Assembly: GCA_964016885.1 (NCBI GenBank)
Contig: OZ024743.1
Span: 183,148,001 to 183,212,000, forward strand
Reading direction: 5' to 3'
DNA length: 64,000 nucleotides
From: Eledone cirrhosa
Lineage: Eukaryota
Position 1 is the stretch's first letter. Each line of letters opens with the position of its first letter. Positions 34,984 to 47,743 of this stretch are shown one piece after another. The notes below the pieces were generated by a model, which was not told the origin of the DNA, ran no database searches, and saw only the letters and a program-made list of their open reading frames with translations. A program made the translations under genes and the position numbers.

Positions 34984-36415
34984 ATATATGGTATAGACAT
35001 ATAATATATATAGTATAGACATATAAGATATATAGTATAGACATATAATATATATGGTATAGACATATAATGTATATAGTATAGACTTATAATATATATG
35101 GTATAGACATATAATATATATGGTATAGACATATAATGTATATAGTATAGACATATAATATATATGGTATAGACATATAATGTATATAGTATAGACATAT
35201 AATATATATGGTATAGACATGTAATATATATGGTATAGACATGTAATATATATGGTATAGACATATAATATATATGGTATAGACATATAATATATATGGT
35301 ATAGACATATAATGTATATAGTATAGACATATAATATATATGGTATTGACATATAATATATATGGTATAGACATATGATATATATAGTATAGACATGTAA
35401 TGTATATAGTATAGACATATAATATATATGGTATAGACATATAATATATATGGTATAGACATATAATATATATGGTATAGACATATAATATATATGGTAT
35501 AGACATATAATGTATATGGTATAGACATAATATATATGGTATAGACATATAATATATATGGTATAGACACATTATATATATGGTATAGACATATAATATA
35601 TATGGTATAGACATATAATGTATATAGTATAGACATATAATGTATATAGTATATACATATAATATATATGGTATAGACATATAATATATATGGTATAGAC
35701 ATATAATATATATGGTATAGACATATAATATATATAGTATAGACATATAATGTATATAATATAGACATATAATGTATATAATATAGACATATAATATATA
35801 TGGTATAGACACATTATATATATGGTATAGACATATAATATATATGGTATAGACATATAATATATATGGTATAGACATATAATATATATGGTATAGACAT
35901 ATAATATATATGGTATAGACATATAATATATATGGTATAGACATATAATATATATGGTATAGACATATAATATATATGGTATAGACATATAATATATATG
36001 GTATAGACATATAATATATATAGTATAGACATATAATATATATGGTATAGACATATAATATATATAGTATAGGCATATAATGTATATAGTATAGACATAT
36101 AATGTATATAGTATAGACATATAATATATATGGTATAGACATATAATATATATGGTATAGACATATAATATATATGGTATAGACATATAATATATATGGT
36201 ATAGACATATAATATATATGGTATAGACACATTATATATATGGTATAGACATATAATGTATATGGTATAGACATATAATGTATATGGTATAGACATATAA
36301 TATATATGGTATAGACATGTAATATATATAGTATAGACATATAATGTATATGGTATAGACATATAATATATATGGTATAGACATATAATATATATGGTAT
36401 AGACATATAATATAT

Positions 36416-37523
36416 AGAGGGTTCTATAGAAATAGTGGACAGCTTCCGTTATCTGGGTGACAAAATCAGCAGTGGGGGAGGGTGCTCTGAAAGTACAGTA
36501 GCTAGAGTCAGAACTGGATGGAAAAAGTTCAGAGAGCTTAAACCACTATTAGCCGCTAGAGGGTTCTCCCTAAAAATGAAAGGCAGGTTATACGATGCCT
36601 GCATACGAACAGCAATGCTGCATGGCAGTGAGACCTGGGCATTGTGTGCAGAGGATATACGCAGACTAGAGAGGAACGAAGCTTGCATGCTCCGCTGGAT
36701 ATGCAATAGTAATATACGTGAACGGCAAAGCATAAACGAACTAAGGAAAAAATTAGAAATAAGAGGGATCAGATGTTGTTTACTCGAGAGAAGGCTACGT
36801 TGGTACGGTCACGTGATGCGCATGAAAGACGACAGCTGTATAACAAAGTGCAGGGCAATAAAGATAGACGGTAGCCACGGAGTAGGCAGACCCAGAAAAA
36901 CATGGGACGAGCTGATAAATTCCGACCTCACACGCTTACACCTCTCCAAGACAATGTCACTGGACCGAGACCTTTGGCGGTACTCAGTAATAGAGAAGAC
37001 CCGCCTTACCTAAATACAAAGTAAAAACCTACTACAGTCAGTAGGCACCTCTATCAAAACACACCCCCCGTCCCACCACCTCCACCCCACCCACACCGCC
37101 CCTTTCAATGTAAAGTTATGTTGGTCCCACAACATCCAGGCCGAAACAAATGAGATCGTGTAGGTGTCACGACAAAAAACACACAGTCCACGCTGTAAAT
37201 GTGGCCTTGTAGGCAACACGGTAAAAACCTCCCAGCCCCACACTGTAAATGTGGTTGGTGTTAGGAAGGGCATCCAGCTGTAGAAAACCCGCCAGACAGT
37301 CCACGCTGTAATGTGGCCGTGTAGGCAACACGGTAAAAACCTCCCAGCCCCACACTGTAAATGTGGTTGGTGTTAGGAAGGGCATCCAACTGTAGAAAAC
37401 CCGCCAGACAGTCCTATGCGAGCAAGACAACCACTCTTGCCTCAAGTGGGAAAACCCCCGTCCAAACCCATGCAAGCGTGGAACACGGACGCTAAACCTG
37501 ATGATGATGATGATGATGATGAT
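36416..37523 (+). mobile_element. RTE LINE 3' fragment (R3)
   Basis: Same junctions as R1 and R2; two amino-acid differences (I>K, M>I); offset 6748 from R2. Confidence 0.93.
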
Positions 37524-39512
37524 GGTATAGACATATAATATATATGGTATAGACATGTAATATATATGGTATAGACATATAATATATATGGTATAGACAT
37601 ATAATGTATATAGTATAGACATATAATATATATGGTATTGACATATAATATATATATGGTATAGACATATAATATATATAGTATAGACATGTAATGTATA
37701 TAGTATAGACATATAATATATATGGTTTAGACATATAATATATATGGTATAGACATATAATATATATGGTATAGACATATAATATATATGGTATAGACAT
37801 ATAATGTATATGGTATAGACATAATATATATGGTATAGACATATAATATATATGGTATAGACACATTATATATATGGTATAGACATATAATATATATGGT
37901 ATAGACATATAATGTATATAGTATAGACATATAATGTATATAGTATAGACATATAATGTATATAGTATAGACATATAATATATATGGTATAGACATATAA
38001 TATATATGGTATAGACATATAATATATATGGTATAGACATATAATATATATAGTATAGACATATAATGTATATAATATAGACATATAATATATATGGTAT
38101 AGACATATAATATATATGGTATAGACATATAATATATATGGTATAGACATATAATATATATGGTATAGACATATAATATATATGGTATAGACATATAATA
38201 TATATAGTATAGACATATAATGTATATGGTATAGACATATAATATATATGGTATAGACACATTATATATATATGGTATAGACATATAATATATATGGTAT
38301 AGACATATAATGTATATGGTATAGACATATAATGTATATGGTATAGACATATAATGTATATGGTATAGACATATAATGTATATGGTATAGACATATAATG
38401 TATATGGTATAGACATGTAATATATATAGTATAGACATATAATATATATGGTATAGACATATAATATATATGGTATAGACATATAATATATATGGTATAG
38501 ACATATAATATATATGGTATAGACATATAATATATATGGTATAGACATATAATGTATATGGTATAGACATATAATATATATAGTATAGACATATAATATA
38601 TATGGTATAGACATATAATATATATAGTATAGACATATAATGTATATAGTATAGACATATAATGTATATAGTATAGACATATAATATATATGGTATAGAC
38701 ATATAATATATATGGTATAGACATATAATATATATGGTATAGACATATAATATATATGGTATAGACACATTATATATATGGTATAGACATATAATGTATA
38801 TGGTATAGACATATAATATATATGGTATAGACACATTATATATATGGTATAGACATATAATATATATGGTATAGACACATTATATATATGGTATAGACAT
38901 ATAATGTATATGGTATAGACATATAATGTATATGGTATAGACATATAATGTATATGGTATAGACATATAATGTATATGGTATAGACATATAATGTATATG
39001 GTATAGACATATAATGTATATGGTATAGACATGTAATATATATAGTATAGACATATAATGTATATGGTATAGACATATAATATATATGGTATAGACATAT
39101 AATATATATGGTATAGACATATAATATATATGGTATAGACACATTATATATATGGTATAGACATATAATGTATATGGTATAGACATATAATGTATATGGT
39201 ATAGACATATAATGTATATGGTATAGACATATAATGTATATGGTATAGACATATAATGTATATGGTATAGACATATAATGTATATGGTATAGACATGTAA
39301 TATATATAGTATAGACATATAATGTATATGGTATAGACATATAATATATATGGTATAGACATATAATATATATGGTATAGACATATAATATATATGGTAT
39401 AGACATATAATATATATGGTATAGACATATAATATATATGGTATAGACATATAATATATATGGTATAGACATATAATATATATGGTATAGACATATAATA
39501 TATATGGTATAG

Positions 39513-39702
39513 GGCGGTAGATTGGCAGTATCGGTAGAGGGTCGGACACCATGCAATGACGTATAGAGCTACGGCCCTTGCCATTCTGAGTTCAAATCCC
39601 GCCGAGGTTAACTTTGCCTTTCATCCTTACGGGGTCGATAAAATAAAGTACCAGTAATACACTGGGTAATTGCTGGCCTTGTGCCAAAAGTAGAAACAAT
39701 TA
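39513..39702 (+). mobile_element. Full-length tRNA-derived SINE closing the satellite, opposite orientation to the in-array copies
   Basis: GGCGGTAGATTGGCAGTATCGG head, GAGTTCAAATCC B box and AGAAACAATT end. Flanked by direct repeat ATATATATGGTATA (probable TSD). Confidence 0.9.
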
Positions 39703-40000
39703 TATATATGGTATACCATATATATAATACCATATATAGTCTTGTACTCCCAATCACTTAATACCAATGGAAGTAGGATACATTTTAACCTTCTGAGCCC
39801 CCAGGTTCCTGAGACTTTAACTTCTCTCTTTTTATGTGTTTACACAGAGAAACAAACACATTTGATATTTGATATTTACAAATATGATTTTCTAATTATT
39901 AGTGAAGTGTTTATTCACTTACAAATGTTTCTGGTACAATAAACGTGTTGAGTTAGAATTCAAATTCAAATGACAAAAAGATTATATTCTTTTACTTTTG

Positions 40001-40068
<68 letters not shown>
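40001..40068. repeat. (GT)n microsatellite
   Basis: Directly visible. Confidence 0.97.
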
Positions 40069-40073
<5 letters not shown>

Positions 40074-40512
40074 TAGGATAATTAAGAAAGAGAAGAAATG
40101 GACAACAAGACAGAGAGAAAAAAAAAATCTTTTTAAAGGAGAAACTCAAAAAAGTATATTTTTGTTTTCAAAAATAATAAGGTCAGAAAACTCCAAGGTC
40201 TTCAGCTGTTGAGATGGACTTTGGCAGTTTTGACCCCTACCAATGGTACTGTCCACCCAGGTCACAGTGTCTTACAAACAAGCCATAACACTGTCCATGG
40301 AGTAAAAGACAAAACAATAACTAATTAATCCATAACAGGTACACATAGTTTTGTGACGACTAGGAGAAAGTATTTTACTTTTATTGTAACAAAAGAAGTA
40401 AAGAAAGGAAAAAAGGCAAAAAGAAGAAAGTAAGATATGTTAAAAAATGTAATTCATTGGAATTATTTTGGTGGAGGAGAAAAAAGAACATGTTATATAT
40501 ATATGAAGATTT

Positions 40513-40605
40513 TTAACCCCCGATGGCAGAGCTCAAGCCGTTTCGACGGCTATTTCTGTCCAGAAATAGCCGTCGAAGCGGCTTGAGCTCTGCCGTCAAG
40601 GTTAA
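40513..40605. mobile_element. Hairpin MITE-like element flanked by TTAA (piggyBac-like)
   Basis: 34-bp inverted arms at 40525-40558 and 40561-40594 (1 mismatch, 2-nt loop); TTAA-CC...GG-TTAA ends. Confidence 0.55.
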
Positions 40606-40705
40606 ACATTTTCCTATTACCCACTCTACTACCCTACATATTGAGTACTCTGGTACGTTATGGTCCATCTGGTTCCTTACCACACCTCCTTCGTTATCTA
40701 TCTAT

Positions 40706-41752
40706 ATCATCATCATCTTTGTTTAACATCCATTTTCCACGCTAGCATGGGTTAGACGGGAGTTGTCCCACTTGAGGCAAGGTTGATCGGGTGACCGTGT
40801 CTCGCTCATATAGGACTATCTGGCGGGTTTTCTATGGCTGGATGCCCTTCCTAACACCAACCACATTTACAGTGTGGAACTGGGAACTTTTTACCGTGTT
40901 ACGTACACGGTCACATTACAGCGTAGACTGTGTGTTTTTTTTCTCGTGACACCTACACGATCTCGATCTCATTATCTCATTTATTTGGACTGGATGTTGT
41001 GGTACCAACTTTACAGAGAGAGGGTGGTGTTGGTGGGAATGGGAGGATAGGGTAGTGGATTGGAGTGTATATTTGGTTAAGAGGTGCCTACTGACTGTAG
41101 ATTTCACTTTGTACATAGGCAAGGCGGGTCTTCTGTATTACTGCGTAGCGCCAAAGATCTCGGTCCAGTGGCATTGTCTTAGAGAGGTGTAAGTGTGTAA
41201 GGTCGGAATTTATCAGATCGTCCCAGGTTTTTCTGGGTCTACCTACTCCGTAACTACCATCAATTTTGATCGCCCTGCACTTTTTTATACAGTTGTCGTC
41301 TTTCATGCGCATCACGTGGCCATACCAATGTAGTCTTCTCTCAAGTAAACAGCATCTGATCCCTCTTATTCCTAATTTCTCACTTAGTTCATTTATGCTT
41401 TACTGTTACACATCCAACGGAGCATGCATGCTTCGTTCCTTTCCAGTCTGCGCAGGTCCTCTGCACACAATGCCCATGTCTCACTGCCATGTAGCATTGC
41501 TGTTCGTATACAAGCATCATACAATCTGCCTTTCATTTTTAGTTGTGGCCAACAGCGGTATTAGCTCTCTGAACTTTTTGCATCCTGTTCTGACTCTGTC
41601 TACTGTACTTTCAAAACACCCTCCACCACTGCTGATTTCATCACCCAGGTAACGGAAAGTGTCTACTATTTCTATAGAACCATCTGGACAATGGAAGGAG
41701 CTAGTATCCTGTGGACACTTGCTACCTATTGCACCTGAGCATCGGCCACATC
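40706..41752 (-). mobile_element. Decayed 5'-truncated RTE LINE (same family as R)
   Basis: (CAT)n tail at the left end. Frameshifted ORF pieces DTFRYLGDEISSGGGC and GRPRKTWDDL. Truncated at the last CxxC of the zinc finger. Confidence 0.88.
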
Positions 41753-43203
41753 TATATATATATATATTTATATGCTGATCTGGAGCCACAACAACAAAAG
41801 TGCCCAATTCAGCCTGTAAGAGTTTGAAACTGGTCTTTGTTGAGACAATAGGGTGTGATTTCAGGCAGATTTAGCTAGTTCTAACAGTTTAATTAATTCA
41901 AAGGAGCAGAGTAAATGATATTTAGTACTTCTTCTATAACAATGTCTCTGTATTTATAATAGCCCATGACAAGACATCTTGACATATTTTATTACATTGA
42001 ATAACCTAATTCTTTTACATGAAGGTAGCAACAAGACACCACTGAAGTGTATCATATCTTGAACCTCAAAACATAGGTATTCATGTTGCTATCAGTGCGG
42101 AGACAGTCGCCTGCAGGTGGAGTGGCTGATTCAGCACGTCCCCCTCACCGTCTTCCAGGTCAATGCATTCTCCATCCTGTCGGCCAGGTCCCAGTGGTGG
42201 AGGGCAAGTTAGTTGGTGGTGGAGAATACTCATTCGGACGTCACTTCAACAACTAAAGTCAGATTGATAGCTTCTGCATATCACCGGCTTCTACACCACA
42301 GTATATAGAATCAGTAAAGTCATCAAATATTTTGCTTTGAAATTCCGCTGATGAAAGCATCACATATAGTATTCAATAGGGCCTTAACAGGACTTTACTT
42401 ATATGTGATTTTAACCAACACAATATTCACATATTGTAACCTTTATCATGTTCTTAATGAAAGATACTGCTGTAGCGACTAGCGCCACCTTGCCCGGGAA
42501 GAAAAAACTAATTAGAGTTACTTCCCGTTGAATTCTAGAAGATTCCTTGAACTTCCGGTCTAGGGATTATAAAGGAGGGAGAAAAGAGACATCTTGGCTT
42601 ATTTGGCGACCGGCTCTCGGACAGTTCACTCACGAGCGAGTTTGTTAACCTTATATTTGTATCGAATTTAATTAGTGGTTGGCCTGCAGTGGCGTTTACC
42701 AAGTAAATAACCCTGTGACCAATTCACTAAACTGCCTATAATTTTCTAAACCTGCTAAAAATAATCAAGAATTTGGAAGGATTTAATGATATAACTTTTT
42801 TTCATTATTAAGCTGGTGTTTGAACATAACTTAACCAATGGTCTTTCATAAAATTATAGTGAAAGGTTTTTAGATAATTATAAAAACTTTCAAGTTAACA
42901 GTTTACTATTGTAGTGCAAGGAACAGTTTCATACAGTTTGGTATGAAAAAGATTAATATAATCTTTCTATTGTTGGTTGCTTTAATAACTTTTGCTGAAT
43001 CCCTTCTCTGCTGTCTGGAAGTAGATCTATCATATAATACTACCCAACCACTTAGCTGTAACCTTAGGTTTGCACTACAAATTCTCTCTCAGATAATCTC
43101 CCTACTCTACAATGTTTGTTTGTTTGTTTGTTTGTTTTACTGCTTAGTTAGGGATTGAAGTGTATTATCCTGGAATCTTTTCAGATTTTATCTGACACTT
43201 AAA

Positions 43204-43340
43204 CAATTCTGCCAATCCACCTCCATAGACTTTATCAACTCTAAAAGGATGAAAGACAAATTTAACTTTAACAGGATTTGAACTCGGAGTTCAAACAGCC
43301 AGAACAAATACCACAAAGTATTACACTTTAACGACTCTGT
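43204..43340 (-). mobile_element. Old, diverged tRNA-SINE remnant(s)
   Basis: ctgccaatccac head motif, and aaggatgaaagacaaa...ggatttgaactc similar to the SINE core and B box. Confidence 0.55.
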
Positions 43341-43853
43341 TTAGTCTATTTAGTATTTATTAATATTTACTTAGAAATATCTGCAAGAATTTTATGAAGA
43401 AAAAGACTAAAAACTTACTCAAGATCAAATCACGCCTTCACAGCTGCGGTCAGACCATAGTTATGCTGTCTGCATGCTCATTCAAATGCATTCACACTGA
43501 CTGTCTCAAATACATACAAATATGGCTTATAAAACTTACCAAAGTAAAGAGCCTTCCAACCCCCCAACCCCCGTTAAGAACCTTTGATCTATACCAAGAC
43601 TGTTTTCCAAGACTTCATGGTTGTTTAAAATGTTTTTTCTTATTCCAGGTATTTTGGTGACTGCCACAAAAACGTCAAATAATACATATGCCTACAATAC
43701 AATTACCGTAGTCCTGTTTACAGAATTTCTTAAACTTTTGGCAGCCCTAGTTATATATTTAAAAAGGTAAGCTCCTTTTACTTTCACTACACACTTTTTT
43801 ACTGTTATGTAAGTTGTCATTCTTTTTACTTTTTTCGTATATATATATACATA

Positions 43854-44022
43854 TGGCGTTAGAAAGGGGGCGTCCAGCTGTAGAAACCAACCCAAAATCA
43901 GTTCTATATGAGCAAGACATGATCACCTGACCTAACATTGCCCACAACAAAACAACTCATCTAACTCATGCCAGCATGGAAAAATGGACGTAAAACGATG
44001 ATGATGGTGATGATGATGATGA
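43854..44022 (+). mobile_element. RTE-type 3' tail remnant
   Basis: tggcgttagaaaggg...ccagctgtagaaacc...catgccagcatggaaaaatggacgtaaaac(GAT)n. Confidence 0.75.
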
Positions 44023-44029
44023 TATATAT

Positions 44030-44275
44030 GTAGCTCAGATTAGGTGAGTAAAAGCCTAGTCTTCGCAGGTTTGACAAAGTACCAGATTGGTGACTGGCGC
44101 AAATAAGACCACCGAAACTGCAACTGCAATATGGTGAGGAAAACAAAAAAGAACCATACTGCAACGTCCTTTGCGCATGTTAACAAGGGACACATTCAAG
44201 CCTTAGGTAGAGGGGCCTGTTCGAAAAATATATTACAGTCTCCATTTCACGGCACCAAAACTGATGATGATGATG
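44030..44275 (+). mobile_element. Probable 3' end of a different non-LTR element
   Basis: Unique sequence ending in a (GAT)n tail; no coding signal. Confidence 0.35.
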
Positions 44276-44289
44276 TAACAATTTGTTTG

Positions 44290-44420
44290 AGTTGTTGGAA
44301 CATTGAATAAAATACGTTGTATTCTCTACCCTCTGAGTCAGATCCTGCCGAAGTCAACTTTGTCCTTCATCCTTTTAGGGTCACTAAATAAAGTATGTGT
44401 ATGAGTCAAGGGTGATTAAT
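44290..44420 (+). mobile_element. Diverged tRNA-SINE remnant
   Basis: ctgagtcagatcctgccgaagtcaactttgtccttcatcctttt...aaataaagta matches the SINE core. Confidence 0.65.
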
Positions 44421-44421
44421 T

Positions 44422-44488
44422 AGCAGAATTCTTAGTGTTATCTCTAATCAGCAGAATTCTTAGTGTTATCTCTAATTAGCAAAATTCT
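44422..44488. repeat. Short 28-bp tandem duplication
   Basis: agcagaattcttagtgttatctctaat[c/t] repeated about 2.4 times. Confidence 0.85.
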
Positions 44489-44659
44489 ATATTAGCTTTT
44501 GACATTTCCTTGGATAACATTGGTGTTGTGGAGAGAGAAGAGTTGTATGTATAGATGACTGCTAGACATCCACATTAAACTTTGCCTAAATCTGTACCTC
44601 GAAGAGGAACCTTTGAGGTGCAAACATGGCAGGGATGGTTGCCCAATATATATATATAT

Positions 44660-44913
44660 ATCATCATCATTGTTTAATGTCCATTTTTCCACACTTACAT
44701 GGGTTAGATGGGTTGTCACGTTATGAAAATAGTCATAGTATGGAGACTACGTCATGCTCATATATATGTGGTTGGTGTTAGGAAAGGCATCCAGCCGTAG
44801 AAAACCTGCCAGACAGTCCTATATGAGCGAGAAAACCAATCTTGCCTCAAGTGGGACAACTCCCGTCTAAACCTATGCTAGCGTGGAAGATAGATGTTAA
44901 ACGATGATGATGA

Positions 44914-44917
<4 letters not shown>
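44660..44917. mobile_element. Two RTE-type 3' tail remnants in opposite orientation
   Basis: Minus-strand tail at 44660-~44760 starting (CAT)n; plus-strand tail at 44767-44917 ending (GAT)n. Confidence 0.75.
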
Positions 44918-44949
<32 letters not shown>

Positions 44950-45101
44950 TAATCCGAAGTAGAATTGGCAGTAACGACAATGAATAAGGTACTCAATACA
45001 TAAGAAGAGTGAGAACAACTATGATTTCATACGAATAAAACAGTTCTAGTCCTGTAGAAGCCTTTCTATATTAAATCTTCGTTTTATATATATATATATA
45101 T

Positions 45102-47260
45102 ATGCACTCACTGATACTGATAAGAAAATAGCCTGGAAGTGTCACTACGAGAGGCTATTAAATAAGGAGAATAAATGGGAAAAAGATAGTCTGCCCCAAA
45201 TCGATCCAATAGAAGGACCAGCGGTGCAAGTTAAAGGTAGTATATCAAAGATATGAAGACAGGCAAGGCAGCTGGGCCTTCGGAGATAGTTGCTGAGATG
45301 TTGAAGGCATCTGGTATGGTGGGACACACTATGGTCACCCGTATAGTTAACCAAGTAATACAGAATGGGGTCATACCGAAAGACTGGCGTAGCAGCATCA
45401 TCATTAACTGCTACAAGGGTAAAGGGGATGCTCTAGATAGGGGAAACTATAGAAGCATTAAGTTAGTTGACCAGGTCATGAAGGTCACAGAAAGAGTTAT
45501 AGCGCAACTAATCAGAAAGTGAATTAATCTAGATGAAATGCAGTTTGGGTTTGTGTCAGGTAAAAGTACCACAGACGCTCTTTTCCTTGTGCGACAACTA
45601 CAAGAGAAGTACCTAGCTAAAGGTAAACCCCTCTACTTAGCTTTTGTAGACCTGGAGAAAGCTTTTGACAGAGTCCCCCGCTCCATTATCTGGTGAGCTC
45701 TTAGAAAACTAGGTGTAGATGAATGGCTTGTGAGAGCTATACAAGCTATGTATAATGAAACAGTCAGTAAGGTTAGAATTAACAATGAATATTGTGAAGA
45801 ATTTAGTGTAAAAGTTGGCGTTCATCAAGGCTCTGTCCTTAGCCCCCTCTTATTTATTATTGCCCTTCAGGCTATAACAGAAGAGTTCAAGACCGGCTGC
45901 CCATGGGAACTCCTATACGCAGATGATCTAACGCTCTTAGCTGAATCAATGGCTGAACTAGAGAAGAAATTCCAAACATGGAAGCACGGCCTAGAATCAA
46001 AAAGCCTTAAAATTAACCTGGCTAAGACTAAAGTTCTAGTTTGTAAGAAAGAAAATAAGGCGGCGGTCCCCTCCGGGAAGTGGCCATGCGCAGAGTGTAG
46101 GAAAGGCGTAGGTAGAAATTCCATTTTGTGTCCCAAATGCAAAGTTTCGGTGCATAAAAGATGTAGTGGGATCACAGGTAAGCTAACTAAGAACATAGAT
46201 TTTACATGTGGCCGGTGTTCTGGAGCAATAAGTAGCAGCAAGTGCCCACAAAATACTAGCTCTTTCAACTGCGCAGAGGGTTCTATAGAAATAGTGGACA
46301 GCTTCCGTTACCTGGGTGACAAAATCAGCAGTGGGGGAGGGTGCTCTGAAAGTACAGTAGCTCGAGTCAGAACTGGGTGGAAAAAGTTCAGAGAGCTTAT
46401 ACCACTATTAGCCACTAAAGGGTTCTCCCTAAAAATGAAAGGCAGGCTGTACGATGCCTGCATACGAACAGCAATGTTGCATGGCAGTGAGACCTGGGCA
46501 TTGTGTGCAGAGGATATACGCAGACTAGAGAGAAACGAAGCTTGCATGCTCCGCTGGATGTGTAATAGTAATATACGTGAACGACAAAGCATAAACGAAC
46601 TAAGGAAAAAATTAGAAATAAGAGGGATCAGATGTAGTTTACTAGAGAGAAGGCTACGTTGGTATGGTCACGTGATGCGCATGAAGGACGATAGCTGTAT
46701 AACAAAGTGCAGGGCAATAAAGATAGACGGTAGCCACGGAATAGGCGGACCCAGAAAAACCTGGGACGAGCTGATAAACTCAGACCTCACACACTTACAC
46801 CTCACCAAGACAATGTCACTGGACCGAGACCTTTGGCGGTACTCAGTAATAGAGAAGACCTGCCTTACCTAAATACAAAGTAAAACCTACTACAGTCAGT
46901 AGGCATCTCTAACAAAATACACCCCCGTCCCACCACCCCCACCCCATCCACACCGCCCCCTTCTATGTAAAGTTATGTTGGTGCCACACCATCCAGGCCG
47001 AAACAAATGAGATCGTGTAGGTGTCACGACAAAAAAACACACAATCCACGCTGTAATGTGGCCGTGTAGGCAACACGGTAAAAACCTCCCAGACCCACAC
47101 TGTAAATGTGGTTGGTGTTAGGAAGGGCATCCAACTGTAGAAAACCTGCCAGACAGTCCTATGCGAGCAAGACAATCACTCTTGCCTCAAGTGGGAAAAC
47201 CCCCGTCCAAACCCATGCAAGCGTGGAACACGGACGTTAAACGTTGATGATGATGATGAT
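45102..47260 (+). mobile_element. 5'-truncated, inactivated RTE-clade LINE (RT pseudogene, PHD-like finger, 3' UTR)
   Basis: RT motifs KGKGD-NYR-IKL, QFGF, FVDLEKAFD, GVHQGSVLSP, YADD (45916) and YLG. In-frame TGA at ~45520 and ~45694, a deletion near 45250, and a (GAT)n tail. Confidence 0.93.
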
Positions 47261-47525
47261 AAGCATACATACACGTGCATACAAGTGTACATATATGCAC
47301 ATGTATACAAGCATATATATACACATACACGTGTATATTAGCATGCATATATACACATGTATAAAATCATATATACACATGTATATAAGTATACATACAT
47401 TCATGCATCTGTTCGTTATATATTTATAGATGTTTTGTTTTGTTTTTTCAGTAATTCTTTTGTTAATTTATACAATGAAATCATCAAGAACAAAAAAGGT
47501 AAGACTAAAAATATTGTCATATAAT

Positions 47526-47715
47526 AATTGTTTCTACTTTTGGCACAAGGCCAGCAATTACTCAGTACATTACTGGTACTTTATTTTATCGACGCCGTAA
47601 GGATGAAAGGCAAAGTTAACCTCGGCAGGATTTGAACTCAGACTGTAAAGGGACGTAACTCTATGCTACAAAGCATGGTGTCCAACCCTCTACCGATACT
47701 GCCAATCCACTTACC
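47526..47715 (-). mobile_element. tRNA-derived SINE (left arm of head-to-head pair)
   Basis: Full SINE homology; flanked by repeat ATATTGTCATATAATAA. Confidence 0.9.
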
Positions 47716-47743
47716 ATATTATTATATTGTCATATAATAATAT

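Larger units (their letters stand above)
1..39511. repeat. 22-bp AT-rich tandem satellite, consensus ATATATATGGTATAGACATATA, interrupted by SINE and LINE copies
   Basis: Direct 22-nt periodicity throughout. Recurrent variants (aatGtat, atAgtat, catGta, caCatt, 20- and 24-bp monomers). The array runs off the left edge of the window. Confidence 0.98.

Noticed and set aside
1-39511. CRISPR-like repeat/spacer reading of the satellite with inserts
   Set aside because: Monomers are contiguous without unique spacers, the inserts are repeated retroelements, there are no cas genes, and the context is eukaryotic.
319-39584. Dozens of long minus-strand Y/I-rich ORFs (up to 840 aa)
   Set aside because: The 22-mer has no stop in any minus-strand frame. 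The overlapping ORFs in all three frames are translations of satellite.
42090-42300. GC-richer patch as a possible exon
   Set aside because: No recognisable peptide or convincing splice context; cannot be supported without a search.
42340-42370. CTGATGA motifs at ~42349, 44261, 58506 and in LINE tails as hammerheads
   Set aside because: No properly spaced GAAA with stems I-III; most are (GAT)n tails.
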